64,000 bases of DNA from Macrostomum lignano (lineage: Eukaryota): positions 1 through 64,000 of the forward strand of contig NIVC01001722.1 in assembly GCA_002269645.1 (NCBI GenBank), given 5' to 3'. A model generated the notes under the pieces. That model saw nothing but the letters and a program-made list of their open reading frames with translations, did no database searches and was not told the DNA's origin. Positions within the stretch are counted from its first letter, which is position 1, and each line of letters begins with the position of its first letter. Of this stretch, positions 21,840-32,776 are shown one piece after another. Position numbers and translations under genes: made by a program.

Positions 21840-23611
21840 ATTGGAATTCGAATTGAAAAATAATAATTTTTGAGTGATAATGAAAAGAAAGGATAGTAGG
21901 GGTTGTGTGCGAGAAAAGAGAAAGGTATGAAGTCTATAATGTCACGCGTTTTAAACTCAGCAACCACCCAATCCCAAAAAGCTGGACACCATTTGTACAC
22001 TGTTAGACTGTCAGTGTGTACAGCAAGCCTAAATTCTCTCCAATACCCGCCTGCTAATTGGTCAGGACTTTTTTATTATTCAATACTCTCTCTCAAACAC
22101 CTAACTCTAACTCTCCTATGTGAAAGGATTCAGATAAATTTTCTGAAGGAGGCGCAAGCCTCAGTAGCCAATGTACGAGCGTACATCTATCTCTGTGGCA
22201 CTTTTGGACCTTTTTATAATCAGACGGTTTTATTACATTTTGGGGGTTAGTCGCAAACATGGTTCGTATATTGTGAATCAATTAGATACTGTATATATGT
22301 GCATGTATTTCAATCTCTCACTCTCCCTCTCTCCAGCATTTAAAGTTAGTATGTTAATTGTGCACGGGGACATTTTATAATGTACAATCTTTTTTCGCAG
22401 TCTACATTTATAGTTCTCTAGCCTGGCGACAAAAAATACTACTTTACTGGGCGCTGCAAAGTTCAATTCCAATCAGAATGGCTCACAGTAGAAAGTTCTG
22501 CTTGACCCTTGCAGAAAGGCATGTGTGTTATTCGAATATTCGCGCTTCTTCTAGGCTTTACAAGAACTACTTTTCATGCTTAAAATGACACTTCTTTTAC
22601 GATTTTTATGACACTTGTGGTTCTGAATTAGTAAGCCTCGACGCTAGCATTTTTTTAGGTTTGTCATGACGCCTCTTTTATGTTTAACAAAAATTACACT
22701 ATAAGATGAGCACGAAGCAGTTATGACATAATCAATTTTTCAATCGGTCAGTATATCAGTTCTAATCAAAGTTAACAATATGGTTACGCAGTCTAAATCA
22801 AGTCTCGTAATATGCTTCTACACAGTGTTTTCAACACTGTGACGCAATTCAAGTCGGAGGTACAATTCAGCTGTTATGCAATCTTTATCACAATCGGAAT
22901 TCAGCCAGTCAGTTTTTTCTCTAGCATTTCAGGTCGAAAGAGCTGCTTGACCTTTGCAAAAAAGCATGTTTTTCGAATATTTAATCCCTTTAACATTGAG
23001 CAATTTCTTAGCCAAGATGCATGTACCGTCCCAGGAAAATTTCTGATCGAATGGTGCAAGTTTGAAGAAAATCGGTTGAGCCAATTTTTCTGAAATCTAT
23101 CGCATACCTACCTACCTACCTACCCACAGACAACTCATTTTTAGGATATAGGACTTCAAAGGATAAAACCAGTGATAAGACCAGTTCTAAGCCTTCCTAA
23201 GTCTTAAAGACAAAAAATTGTCTACACGAGCTTGCAGAAGAAGCTTTACTAACTCGTATGTTTCAAAGCAGACTTAATCTTCTTACTAAGTGCTGTTTCC
23301 AGATGCGTAGCTAAATACAAAATATTTTAATATGGGCTGCATAAGGCAGTAATACACCAATATGGAAGGCTTGCGGAGGCTGAAACCAGCTGAAACGTCG
23401 AGGCACATGGAGCCACTCCCTGCTCTCCGGCTGCTGAAGTCTGTGCGCTCAACTGGTAACCCATTATATTCTTTCATCCATGCAAAAAACAGCTTTCTGT
23501 CACTTCTGCTTTGTCTACAACTCATAAACATGCAGCAGCCAAAGGAACCCGAAAATTGCTGAGCATCAGGGCGGCTGCCTCAGCCTTCATCCGGGTGCCT
23601 CATCAGGGTAC

Positions 23612-24000
23612 CTCCTCCTTCATCCGGGTGCCTCAGCCTTCATCCGGGTGCCTCAGCCTTCATCCGGGTGCCTCAGCCTTCATCCGGGTGCCTCTACCTT
23701 CATCCGGGTGCCTCCTCCTTCATCCGGGTGCCTCTGCCTTCATCCGGGTGCCTCTACCTTCATCCGGGTGCCTCAGCCTTCATCCGGGTGCCTCTGCCTT
23801 CATCCGGGTGCCTCAGCCTTCATCCGGGTGCCTCTGCCTTCATCCGGGTGCCTCTACCTTCATCCGGGTGCCTCTGCCTTCATCCGGGTGCCTCTGCCTT
23901 CATCCGGGTGCCTCCTCCTTCATCCGGGTGCCTCCTCCTTCATCCGGGTGCCTCAGCCTTCATTCGGGTGCCTCCTCCTCGCATCCGGGTGCCTCAGCCT
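23612..24000. repeat. 20-bp minisatellite, ~19 copies
   Basis: Unit cct(c)(a/t/c)(g/a/t)ccttcatccgggtg, e.g. cctcagccttcatccgggtg. Confidence 0.95.
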
Positions 24001-24327
24001 TCATGCCGCAGCAGATGACTAGGATAGGGCCATTTGGGTGCTGAAATAATTGAAATGGAGAAAATTCCAAGAACATATAAAAGAATTTTCTAGGCTTTAA
24101 GCATTTGCTTTTGTATTTTTTTAACCTGCCACTGAGAAAGCGTACTGATAATGCAGGTTTTTCGAGCTTCGAGTTATTTCAATCTTTTCGATTTCTGCGG
24201 ATTGTTGAATGAAATGACAACAAAAGCAGGTATCAGTAGCCATTAGGTAAAGTTGCCCTTGACAGTCAGAAACCGATCATGAAGTCCATTTTATTCTAAG
24301 TCAAGCCTGCAGCTTCAGTCTTGTAAC

Positions 24328-25407
24328 TTAAGGTTGATAGTCAGCACTGCGACGCAACAGCACGGCTCTTCGAAACTGACGATTTCGGCGTAGCAGCACG
24401 AAGAAGGCGGTGCACTGGTTGATGAGGCCAGTCACCGAGCTGCAAAACAGCATGTTCACCACCAGGGCTATGTAGTCCATGTTTTCAGCCACGTTCACTA
24501 GGCGGGCCGCCAGCTCAGCCCAGAGGCGGAACACAAGCATCGGAACGTTGAGAACCAGGTAGATAACGCTCATAATCATGACCACTAGAACTCCAGAGAT
24601 CTCCGAGGTAGTCAGCTGTTGCTGCTGCTGTTGAGCCGCCGACAAAGACCGACGATTTCGGATTGATTGGATAACCCGCCGGAGCAGGAAACAGTTGAGA
24701 GCCAGGATAGTCAGGATGAGCAGCAGTGGCGGGTTGGTGAGCAAGATGGTGTACGGCATCATGAACAGCTGCGAGTTGGCGAGTCGGTAGCAGTAGATGG
24801 CTGCCACCCCATTGCCCAGCGGCACTTGCAAGTAGCCCATCAGGAAAACGTTCGGCAGGGCGATCACAGCGGACAGAACGAGTGTTCCAGCCAGAGCCCT
24901 CGCCGCCCAGCGCAGCCCGACATTCTTCATGGCCAGTGGTCGGTGAACAACCAACACTCGGTCAGTGACCAGCACCAGCATCCACATGCAGGACAGCACG
25001 TGGCAGAAGTTCAGAGCGTATCGAGACACCTTGCACATGGCATCGCTCAGGTTGTAGCTGAAAAATCCGAATTGGCCTCTGGTAAGCCAGGGTAGCCCCT
25101 TAGTGAGAAACCCGTTGAAGACTCCGATCACGACGAGGCTGAGAATGTCAGCGATAGCGTTGAAGCTCAGGTACAGATTCTGGCGAGTGAGGGGCCTCAG
25201 ACGGTTCAACATGACGTGGACCACGATGATGTTGCCCACGAGTCCAGTGACGAAGATCGCTGGCAGTAGGATGCCAGACAGGATGCCCATCACGTTTGAC
25301 ACGGCGCAGTACAGTTTCCGGGACGGATCGCCGCTCATACAATCCCTTACCATCAACATGGCGTTGTCACCGAATACAACTCGCCTCACTTTTTGAGTGG
25401 CATTCAT
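24328..25407 (-). CDS. Intronless class A orphan GPCR, paralog 4
   Basis: ATG at 25407 (MNAT sequon), 7TM pattern, shared TM2-TM4 core, acceptor-like atatcttag|cgATG. Confidence 0.9.
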   Translation of the reverse strand: MNATQKVRRVVFGDNAMLMVRDCMSGDPSRKLYCAVSNVMGILSGILLPAIFVTGLVGNIIVVHVMLNRLRPLTRQNLYLSFNAIADILSLVVIGVFNGFLTKGLPWLTRGQFGFFSYNLSDAMCKVSRYALNFCHVLSCMWMLVLVTDRVLVVHRPLAMKNVGLRWAARALAGTLVLSAVIALPNVFLMGYLQVPLGNGVAAIYCYRLANSQLFMMPYTILLTNPPLLLILTILALNCFLLRRVIQSIRNRRSLSAAQQQQQQLTTSEISGVLVVMIMSVIYLVLNVPMLVFRLWAELAARLVNVAENMDYIALVVNMLFCSSVTGLINQCTAFFVLLRRNRQFRRAVLLRRSADYQP

Positions 25408-28075
25408 CGCTAAGATATCTCTTTTGGGTTGCGTTTGGTGTTTAATGCTTGTGATACCTGCTATGTAATTTAAAACAGTATTGAACAGAATTCCGCAAAC
25501 AGCTTACTGGAGTAAATTTTACGCAAAATTACTGGTCGATTTTAATTGGTCTGAAATTCTTATTGGGTTCTTGCTTTGAATTGTCATTTGCCTGCAACTT
25601 ACTCTCTTATACATGTAAATGACACTTTTTCATCAGCGAAAGGGTGGTTTATATTTCTTGTGTATTATCCACATCTAAAACTTGCTGTTCAGTGCTAACA
25701 GGAATTTTCCCGAATTTTTTATATCGTCAGGTCAGACAAACATCACAGAAAGACATGCATTGCATTGCATTTCCATGGAAACATTTTGGGTTTTGACGTG
25801 AAATTATTTCCACGAAATTATTAGCTAACCTCTGGTTCCATGGTTTTCTTTTTTGTCCATTAATCTGGAAGTTTTCGGGCGAAGATAGGCGTACGAACTT
25901 TTTAGAAGATAGGAGGATGTGAGGCCGTTGTCACCAGGGCGTTCTTATAAAGTAATGCTGAGATTTTTTACCATTTTGCATTTTCTAAACAGCTACGTAT
26001 AAAAATTTATAAACGATAAACAAAAACTAATTGTTAGTCAGTCGTGAATTAAATTACCTTTTTGAATAAAATTATTCAATTCAACAAAAAAATCTAAATC
26101 TTTTGTTTAAATCAGACATAAATAAAATTTGTATCGAATCCCCGGAGACTCTTTTTTACTACTACATTCCCAAATACATTATATCCAAAGTAGCCTAGGC
26201 CCTACCAAAACTTCCATAGTCTGAATTTTTCCAAAATTGTGTCTTCGCTGTATATCAGGAGGAACCGTTAATTAAAAAATATAACATCTCTAGGCTAAGG
26301 CTTGGCTGTGTTAATGTATGTTGGCAAATTTCTGTTTGCAGAAAAAGTAGGTCTAGTCTAGGGCTAGGCCTAGCTAGGGGGCCTATATTTATAATTTATC
26401 TTATGCTCAAATTAGCGACTCTACATCTAGAAAGGTCAGAAGCTTCAAAATATTGAAGCTTATTTTAGATTAAGCCTGTACTTATACAGTGGCATGTTAA
26501 TTGTTATTTTTATTGTTTACTTTATTGGGCAAGTAAAAAAATAGTAAGAATATAGTTAAGTAAAAGTTCTTGTTAAAGCAAATTAACTTTTAACTAATAA
26601 TAGAAATTTTAAAAGTAACTTTGTAATTTATAAAATAACTTTATATAACTTTATATTATAACTTTAAAGCAGCCTTTAGGCCTATAAAGACGAAGAGTTA
26701 TAAAGACTTAGGCATAGTCTTTGTTTTTTTAAATGCAGAAAACCAAATTAGGCCCAGGGCCCAAGGGCCTAAGTAAATTTGTTCTTTTCCTTATTTACTT
26801 TTTTAAGCCTAGCCCTAGCTATCCCAATTGTTAATGATCCTATCATAAGTATAAAGACATTAACCCATTCTATAAAACTTTTTAAAGTCATATTGTATGA
26901 TCTAACTTATGCATAAAAGTTAAAAACCATCTTGATTCTCAAAATGTTTTAAGTACATTCAGTGAAACTTTTGTAGATGCATTATAACTTACAAAGTAAC
27001 TATAATCAATCAAACTTGAGTTTGAGAATTCAGGCTTGACTTTTCGTGTGCCTTGTTGGAACTGATTTTTATTTAAACTTGCTTTGTAAAGATTCACATT
27101 GTACTTATAAATTAAAATAAGACAAAATCCTCTTTATTTATCAATAGGCCTAGTATAAGCAATATAAGTTATAACCCATGGCAATTTTGTCATTGGTTAA
27201 TTCTACTATTATTTTTAGCTACACTAAAAACATATAAACAATACATATGCCTTATTTATATGCATAAGCCTATGCAAATAAGGCCTAGCATATTGCTTAA
27301 TTATATTCCCTATTAGAATAAGTATAGAAAACCTATGGATATGTGACATGACCATAAGGTCTAAAATTATAATTAAAAAATGTGATGCAACATAGAATGT
27401 TAACTTTCACATTGAATATAGGCGTAGTACTAATTAGATGATGAGGCATTTAGCCCTAATAAGATAGTCATAATTACTTTTGGCATTTACACAAAAATTA
27501 TATTGCACTATTGCTTGTAACACCACATCTGCCTTGACTTTAGCTACAATGCAACACTGGAAATTCCAAAATTGCAATAGATAGTTGGATGCCTTTTTTG
27601 TCCACTTATTCTAATAAGGATTTTATCTTAATCTTAAAATTATTTTGACATATCACATATTATTAAAATTAAGCTATTGACTATTCTTATTACCTTATTA
27701 TTTCTTTTCAATCATTAGTCTTTATTTCTTCTCTAACTAGATAGCTTTAGGGCCTACAATGGTTGCCTCCTATTTTAGCTTGTTCTTTATGGATGCTAGC
27801 TACTTTGTGCTTTAGTTGACTTTTGAAGTTAGACCACTACTTTTAGCATTTCTCTTTAGAACATTCTAGTCTATTGACTATATTTATGATATTGTCAATT
27901 TGCTGCCATCTGCATTTTTTTGTATAAATTTGCTTTGACAATATTTGTGGGGCTTTCCAGGTAATTTCTCCACTCAGTCATTACTTCTTATAGTGTCTCA
28001 AGTTCTGCTATAGACCAGTTCGCTGAGCATTTTTGCTCTACATTAGAATTCATTGGATTTTAATTATTAGTACAT

Positions 28076-28237
28076 TAATACCCATGCTTTAAGGGTGTTA
28101 ATGGGAAATCAGAAGGCGTAATAAATATCATTAGTATAAATGTATATTCTCTGCGAATATACAATATACTCGTATATAATTTTTATCTAATACACGCCCT
28201 CTGATTTCCTATTGATGCCCTTAAAGCATGGGTATTA
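28076..28237. mobile_element. Foldback MITE-like element with ~45-bp imperfect terminal inverted repeats
   Basis: taatacccatgctttaaggg...ggaaatcaga at the left end versus tctgatttcc...cccttaaagcatgggtatta at the right end. Confidence 0.65.
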
Positions 28238-28242
28238 CTATT

Positions 28243-28486
28243 ATTGTACCATAGACATTTGTGTCCTTGACAAAGTGGGACAAAATTAGCGGGTAGTTAA
28301 TGACATTAACTGCCCGCTAATTTGCATTAAAGTAAGTTTGGCAAAGATAATCAGGCATTTAATGTCATTAACTGCCCACTAATTTGCATTAAATTAAGTT
28401 TGACTCCTGCAAGTGGGCTTAAATGTAGTCTATGGCATTAAAAGGCAAGAATAAGTGCCCAGCAGGCACAAATGTCATGGTACAAT
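28243..28486. mobile_element. Second MITE-like element with ~20-bp TIRs and an internal 20-bp hairpin
   Basis: attgtaccatagacatttgtg ... cacaaatgtcatggtacaat; internal aaattagcgggtagttaatg-a-cattaactgcccgctaattt. Confidence 0.55.
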
Positions 28487-29103
28487 TGGCACTTTCACCC
28501 ATATCAGTGCCTTTAATGCTGTTTTATCAGTGTCCAAAGTTGTGACTAAAGTTTGCCTTTTGCTTCAGGACATGGTACCCATTTTTTGAAAAGGCATTTT
28601 TTGAAATTTCTGGAATGCTTCAGGTGCTTCAAGCCATTGACTGCATGCATATCTGTATCTGGCACCCTAACAATGATAGTGGAATCTTCATTAATAGAAA
28701 GAGATATCACTTAATCAATGTTCAGTTGCTGAGAGTTGCTGAGATGCCATGGCTCAAGGGGAGTTGCTGAGATGCCATTGCTCAATTAGGGAGATGCTGA
28801 GATGCCATGGCTCAAGGGGGATGCTAATATCTTGATATCTTAAACTAGAAAATGCTGTCAAGTGCAATGCCTTTTGTATTAGACATCTAAATACAATTAT
28901 CAACTGTATTGTTGTTGAAAAATTTAAACTGTTCGAATTAAAGTGAAAAGAAATTACTTCTTTTATTGAGTAGAGTAGGCCTATACATCTCTTTTGGGTA
29001 TAAGAAAGTTGTAATGCAGTTGATCTAAGCATATATGCAGTAAAAAATCTTGTTGCTAGTGTGTGTTTGCAAGCAATCCAATCCAAACTGCCACATCTTG
29101 CAG

Positions 29104-30267
29104 ACTGACCAACCGCCACCCAGTCCGCCCTCATCGGGTGTCGGCAGCGGCGACCTCCAGCGTCGACCAGCCGGCAGCTCCGACAGTTTCCAGCATCCGT
29201 TTTTACCGCCGCAGCCGCCAGCTGCAGGGCTGGCCAGCGGCGGCATCGGCGGCTCTTCCGACCCCCTGCTGGGCCCCCTGCCGCCGCCCGTGCCGCCGCG
29301 GTCTGCCTCCGCCGCCAGTCCCGCCCTAGCAACCGGCTACTCGCCATTCGGCTATGGCGGCTTTGGCGCCGCCTCGGCCATGCCTTTCTTGCACGGTGGC
29401 TTCGGTGGTCTTGGCGGCGGCGGCGGCTTCGGCGGTCTTGGCGGCGGCGGCGGCGTCGGCGGTCTCGCTGGAGCGGCTGGCGGCGTCGGCCTGACCCAGC
29501 AGATGGAGGCCAGCCTCCGGCCGGCCTTCGAATCGCTGCACGCGGTCGTGTCCACCGTGTCTTCGGTGGCCGTCATGCTGGAGAGCTGCTACTTTGCCCT
29601 CAGCCAGTCTGTGCGCGCCCTGGCAGCGCTGGGCGACCAGTTTGGCCGGGCCGGTGCCGCTGTGCGCGCCCTGCTTGGTAGCGGCGTGCGGCGGCTGTGG
29701 CGCCTCATCAGCTTGGCGCTGTACGCGGCCGGCCTGACGGAGCGTCTGCCCGCGGCTCCGATCGCCTCGTCGGCCGGCGCCGCCGCCTCTCCCTCCGTTG
29801 CTGCCGCCGGACAGTCTGCAGGCGCCAGCGTCGGCAGCGGCAGCGGCGGCCGGACTCTGCTGTTCCTGGCCGCGGCCATGGCCGGCCCGCTGCTGCTGCT
29901 CCGCTTGGCCGCTGGCGCCAGCAGCCAGACATTGGCGGCGGCGGCTTTGGCCGACAACAATGACCCGTCGACTGCGTGGAGTCGCGGCGAAGGCGAGCAC
30001 TACACGGCTAGGGCCCTGTACAGCTTCAACAGGACCGCCGCTGACGAGCTGACTGTTCAGGCCGGCGACCGATTGCTGGTGGCGCCGAAGCGGCTGCAGC
30101 CGGACGTGCCAAACTGGCTGCTGGCCGCCTGCCCGGCTACCCGCGCCTCCGGCCTGGTGCCCGCCGCCTACGTCAAGGTGCTGTCCGCTGTGCGGCCTGC
30201 GCCGCCGCCGCCGCCTCAGTCGAAGCCACCCTCAGATTGCGAAGACAAGGACGCCAAGATTGTGTAG
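29104..30267 (+). CDS. PEX13: Peroxisomal membrane protein PEX13 (main exon; first exon not located)
   Basis: PPPVPPRS, YG-rich region, QQMEASLRPAFESLHAVVSTVSSVAVMLE (Peroxin-13 N domain), hydrophobic segment, C-terminal SH3 (ARALYSF..DELTVQAGD..WLLA..GLVPAAYVKVL); acceptor ttgcag|act at 29103. Confidence 0.88.
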   Translation, partial: TDQPPPSPPSSGVGSGDLQRRPAGSSDSFQHPFLPPQPPAAGLASGGIGGSSDPLLGPLPPPVPPRSASAASPALATGYSPFGYGGFGAASAMPFLHGGFGGLGGGGGFGGLGGGGGVGGLAGAAGGVGLTQQMEASLRPAFESLHAVVSTVSSVAVMLESCYFALSQSVRALAALGDQFGRAGAAVRALLGSGVRRLWRLISLALYAAGLTERLPAAPIASSAGAAASPSVAAAGQSAGASVGSGSGGRTLLFLAAAMAGPLLLLRLAAGASSQTLAAAALADNNDPSTAWSRGEGEHYTARALYSFNRTAADELTVQAGDRLLVAPKRLQPDVPNWLLAACPATRASGLVPAAYVKVLSAVRPAPPPPPQSKPPSDCEDKDAKIV

Positions 30268-30349
30268 ATTCTCCCTAATGACTCTTCCCCTTTTGATTCT
30301 CTTCTCTGTTTGATTCCCCAATATTTTCTTCTATAATTCATTATAGTCT

Positions 30350-30550
30350 TAAGACAAAACTCAATATTATTTGCGACGCGTTTCGGCTGGAACTAGCCAT
30401 CTTCAGGCACTATCGAACAGAATTTATTTCAACTTATTAAATACTGTGTAGACGACAAAATCAGGTATTGAAAAGATATAAAAGGACTAAAGGATCAATG
30501 TACAGTATAGCAATGTTTATAATATTTTTTTGTGGAATGACAGGACAGAG

Positions 30551-30590
<40 letters not shown>

Positions 30591-30869
30591 GCGTATGCGC
30601 CCCAAATGTACTCTAGCTTAGAACACCAACAGCCGTTCACTCGCACCTCCTCCAGATAGTTGGACATTGAGAATGGGTTTGTGTAACTTTGGACTAAGGA
30701 CTAAGGAACTAAGGTCATAGACAACAGCAAAAATGAGCATAAACTTAACATTCTTGAAGCTCTGCACATTAAGTTACACAAACCCATTCTCAATGTCCAA
30801 CTATCTGGAGGAGGTGCGAGTGAGCGGCTGTTGGTGTTCTAAGCTAGAGTACATTTGGGGCGCATACGC

Positions 30870-30919
<50 letters not shown>

Positions 30920-31150
30920 CTCTGTCCTGTCATTCCACAAAAAAATATTATGAACATTGCTATACTGTACATTGATCCTTTAGTCCTTTTATATCTTTTC
31001 AATACCTGATTTTGTCGTCTACACAGTATTTAATAAGTTGAAATAAATTCTGTTCGATAGTGCCTGAGGATGGCTGGTTTTGGCCGAAACGCGTCGCAAA
31101 TAATATTGAGTTTTGTCTTACTATTATCTGTTAAGAGTGCTTCTCTACCG
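30350..31150 (+). mobile_element. 5'-truncated Penelope-like element with an inverted terminal duplication (~340-bp arms) and hammerhead motifs
   Basis: Arms 30350-30689 and 30771-31120 are reverse complements. A frame across 30715-30842 reads KVIDNSKNEHKLNILEALHIKLHKPILNVQL, like the C-terminus of the PLE GIY-YIG endonuclease. A 12-bp direct repeat tcattatagtct flanks it (30338-30349, 31151-31162). Confidence 0.8.
31059..31100 (+). ncRNA. Minimal type I hammerhead ribozyme motif (PLE-associated); mirror copy on the minus strand at 30370-30410
   Basis: gtgc-CTGAGGA-t-ggct ggtttt ggcc-GAAAC-gc-GTC-gca: core CUGANGA, stem II, GAAA, palindromic ACGCGU stem III, GUC cleavage triplet ending at 31095. 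Confidence 0.7.
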
Positions 31151-32776
31151 TCATTATAGTCTCCCGCTGATCAATACTGATAATAATGGATCTTCAAAGT
31201 TCTGTTAAACCTTTTCATATTCTAATCTTTAAGTCCACGAGATTGTGTAAATTTTATTTTCTATAATCTGTGTGGCTCATATCCGCTTTTATCATAATTC
31301 CATATCCGTCATTGCATGGCGCTTGCCTGAAGCATTATGATAACACGAGCTATGCGTGTTCCTGTCTATCGCTTAGTGAATAAAGTGAGACCAAAACCGT
31401 GTAATGCATTGGCATTGCTATTCGATTACTGAATATAGTAATCAAATATAACATTGAATATTCACTGTTGAGTTATTTTACTGCTCTAATGAGCTTAAAC
31501 TCTTCTTGGAAAGTGTTTTGGATTTTGTTTTTAAAGTCAGTTTTTTTACTTATTATATGTATTGTAACGATATTTTAATATACATGTATAAAACTATATA
31601 CGCTGCTTTGGGAAGATCTATTTATGAAAAAAAATTACTTTACATTTACCTAAAGGTAGTAGATGCTACTCGCACGGCAGTCTTGTTTAAAAATGGAAAA
31701 CTCCGATTTAAAATTCACATCCTGTTTTTTTACGAGCGTATTTTATAATTACGAGCTACTTCGAAAAACGTATGGAACTTCTCGGTGTTAAAAATCTCAC
31801 CTTTATTAGACAAGCGGATTTAACGATATACTTGATGCATGATGGAGGATAATGATGGAGTGAAGATGGACTGTTTGAGAGACTAGCTGAGGATGTCCAG
31901 CAGTTGAAGTTTTGCTCACTATCGAGAGGCTTGATCAGCGAAACTCTAGAAATTTGCAACAAGGTGTCCATAGTCACCTTGTGCCACAGTTGTAGAAGGT
32001 TCAGAAGTTCCGTCAGGGAGAAGGCCAGTAACTATCGAAGTCCCAACGAAGTCAGCTGGTGCAGACGCGTGGTAGAATCTTTGAATATCTCGACGGTCGG
32101 TCCGGAGCGCTGACGACTTGATTCTTGTTTGAGAAGGTGCACATGTACACAAAATTAGCCCCTGTTCTGGAATTCCAGCGCAGCAAAAATATATTTGTTC
32201 CTTGTTAATATTCTTTGTCAACGTAATATACGCTTAAAAGAAGAAAAATATTACTCGTCAAGCAAAAATTTAATCCGAGGGCTTTTAAAAAAATAGATTA
32301 TACGTTCGTAACACTAAGCAGAGATGATGTGACAAATCGTCACCATAGTCACTATTAAAAGTTATTATAAATTATTAAATTTAATAATAATATTATTATT
32401 ATTATTCTTATTATAAATAAGAATTTATCATCATTGTTATTATAATTATTATTAATATTAATAATAATTTAATTTATTATTACACTTATTAAATTCGATG
32501 GTCTTTTTACACTGCAATCAAGATACTTGTTTAAAAGTTCCCATTCCAAGTTTCAATTTAATTTTGTCTTTCAAGCGTTCATCAAGAGAAAAGTCAAGGC
32601 AATACTACTAGCTATTATTGCATTTATATAATTTATAGTTACAGAGTTGACGGGTTTTGTATTTTACGTTTTCGTAAAATTCCAAGGAGATATTTACAAA
32701 CAGTAGATTTAACGTGTAATTTTTCTTTATTTTCGACAGCTAGCTTTTTTATTTGAAATGCGTGTTCTGAGTAGAC

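Larger units (their letters stand above)
13673..23153 (-). mobile_element. Near full-length Helitron, ~9.5 kb
   Basis: 3' end: hairpin gcccccc-aac-ggggggc (13685-13701), then 8 nt, then CTAG|T at 13676-13673. Candidate 5' end TCCTATATCCTAAAAATGAG at ~23146-23153, followed by (GGTA)n and accgattttcttcaaactt as seen in animal Helitron 5' ends. Contains a RepHel gene. Confidence 0.85.

Noticed and set aside
29050-29103. PEX13 starting at the ORF-track start (MLLVCVCK...)
   Set aside because: It uses a TTG start and sits upstream of a good acceptor at 29103, so it is probably intronic. The true first exon was not found.
31756-32221. Short ORFs between PEX13 and RAB28
   Set aside because: No recognisable domain in any frame and internal stops; could be a UTR exon but cannot be supported.
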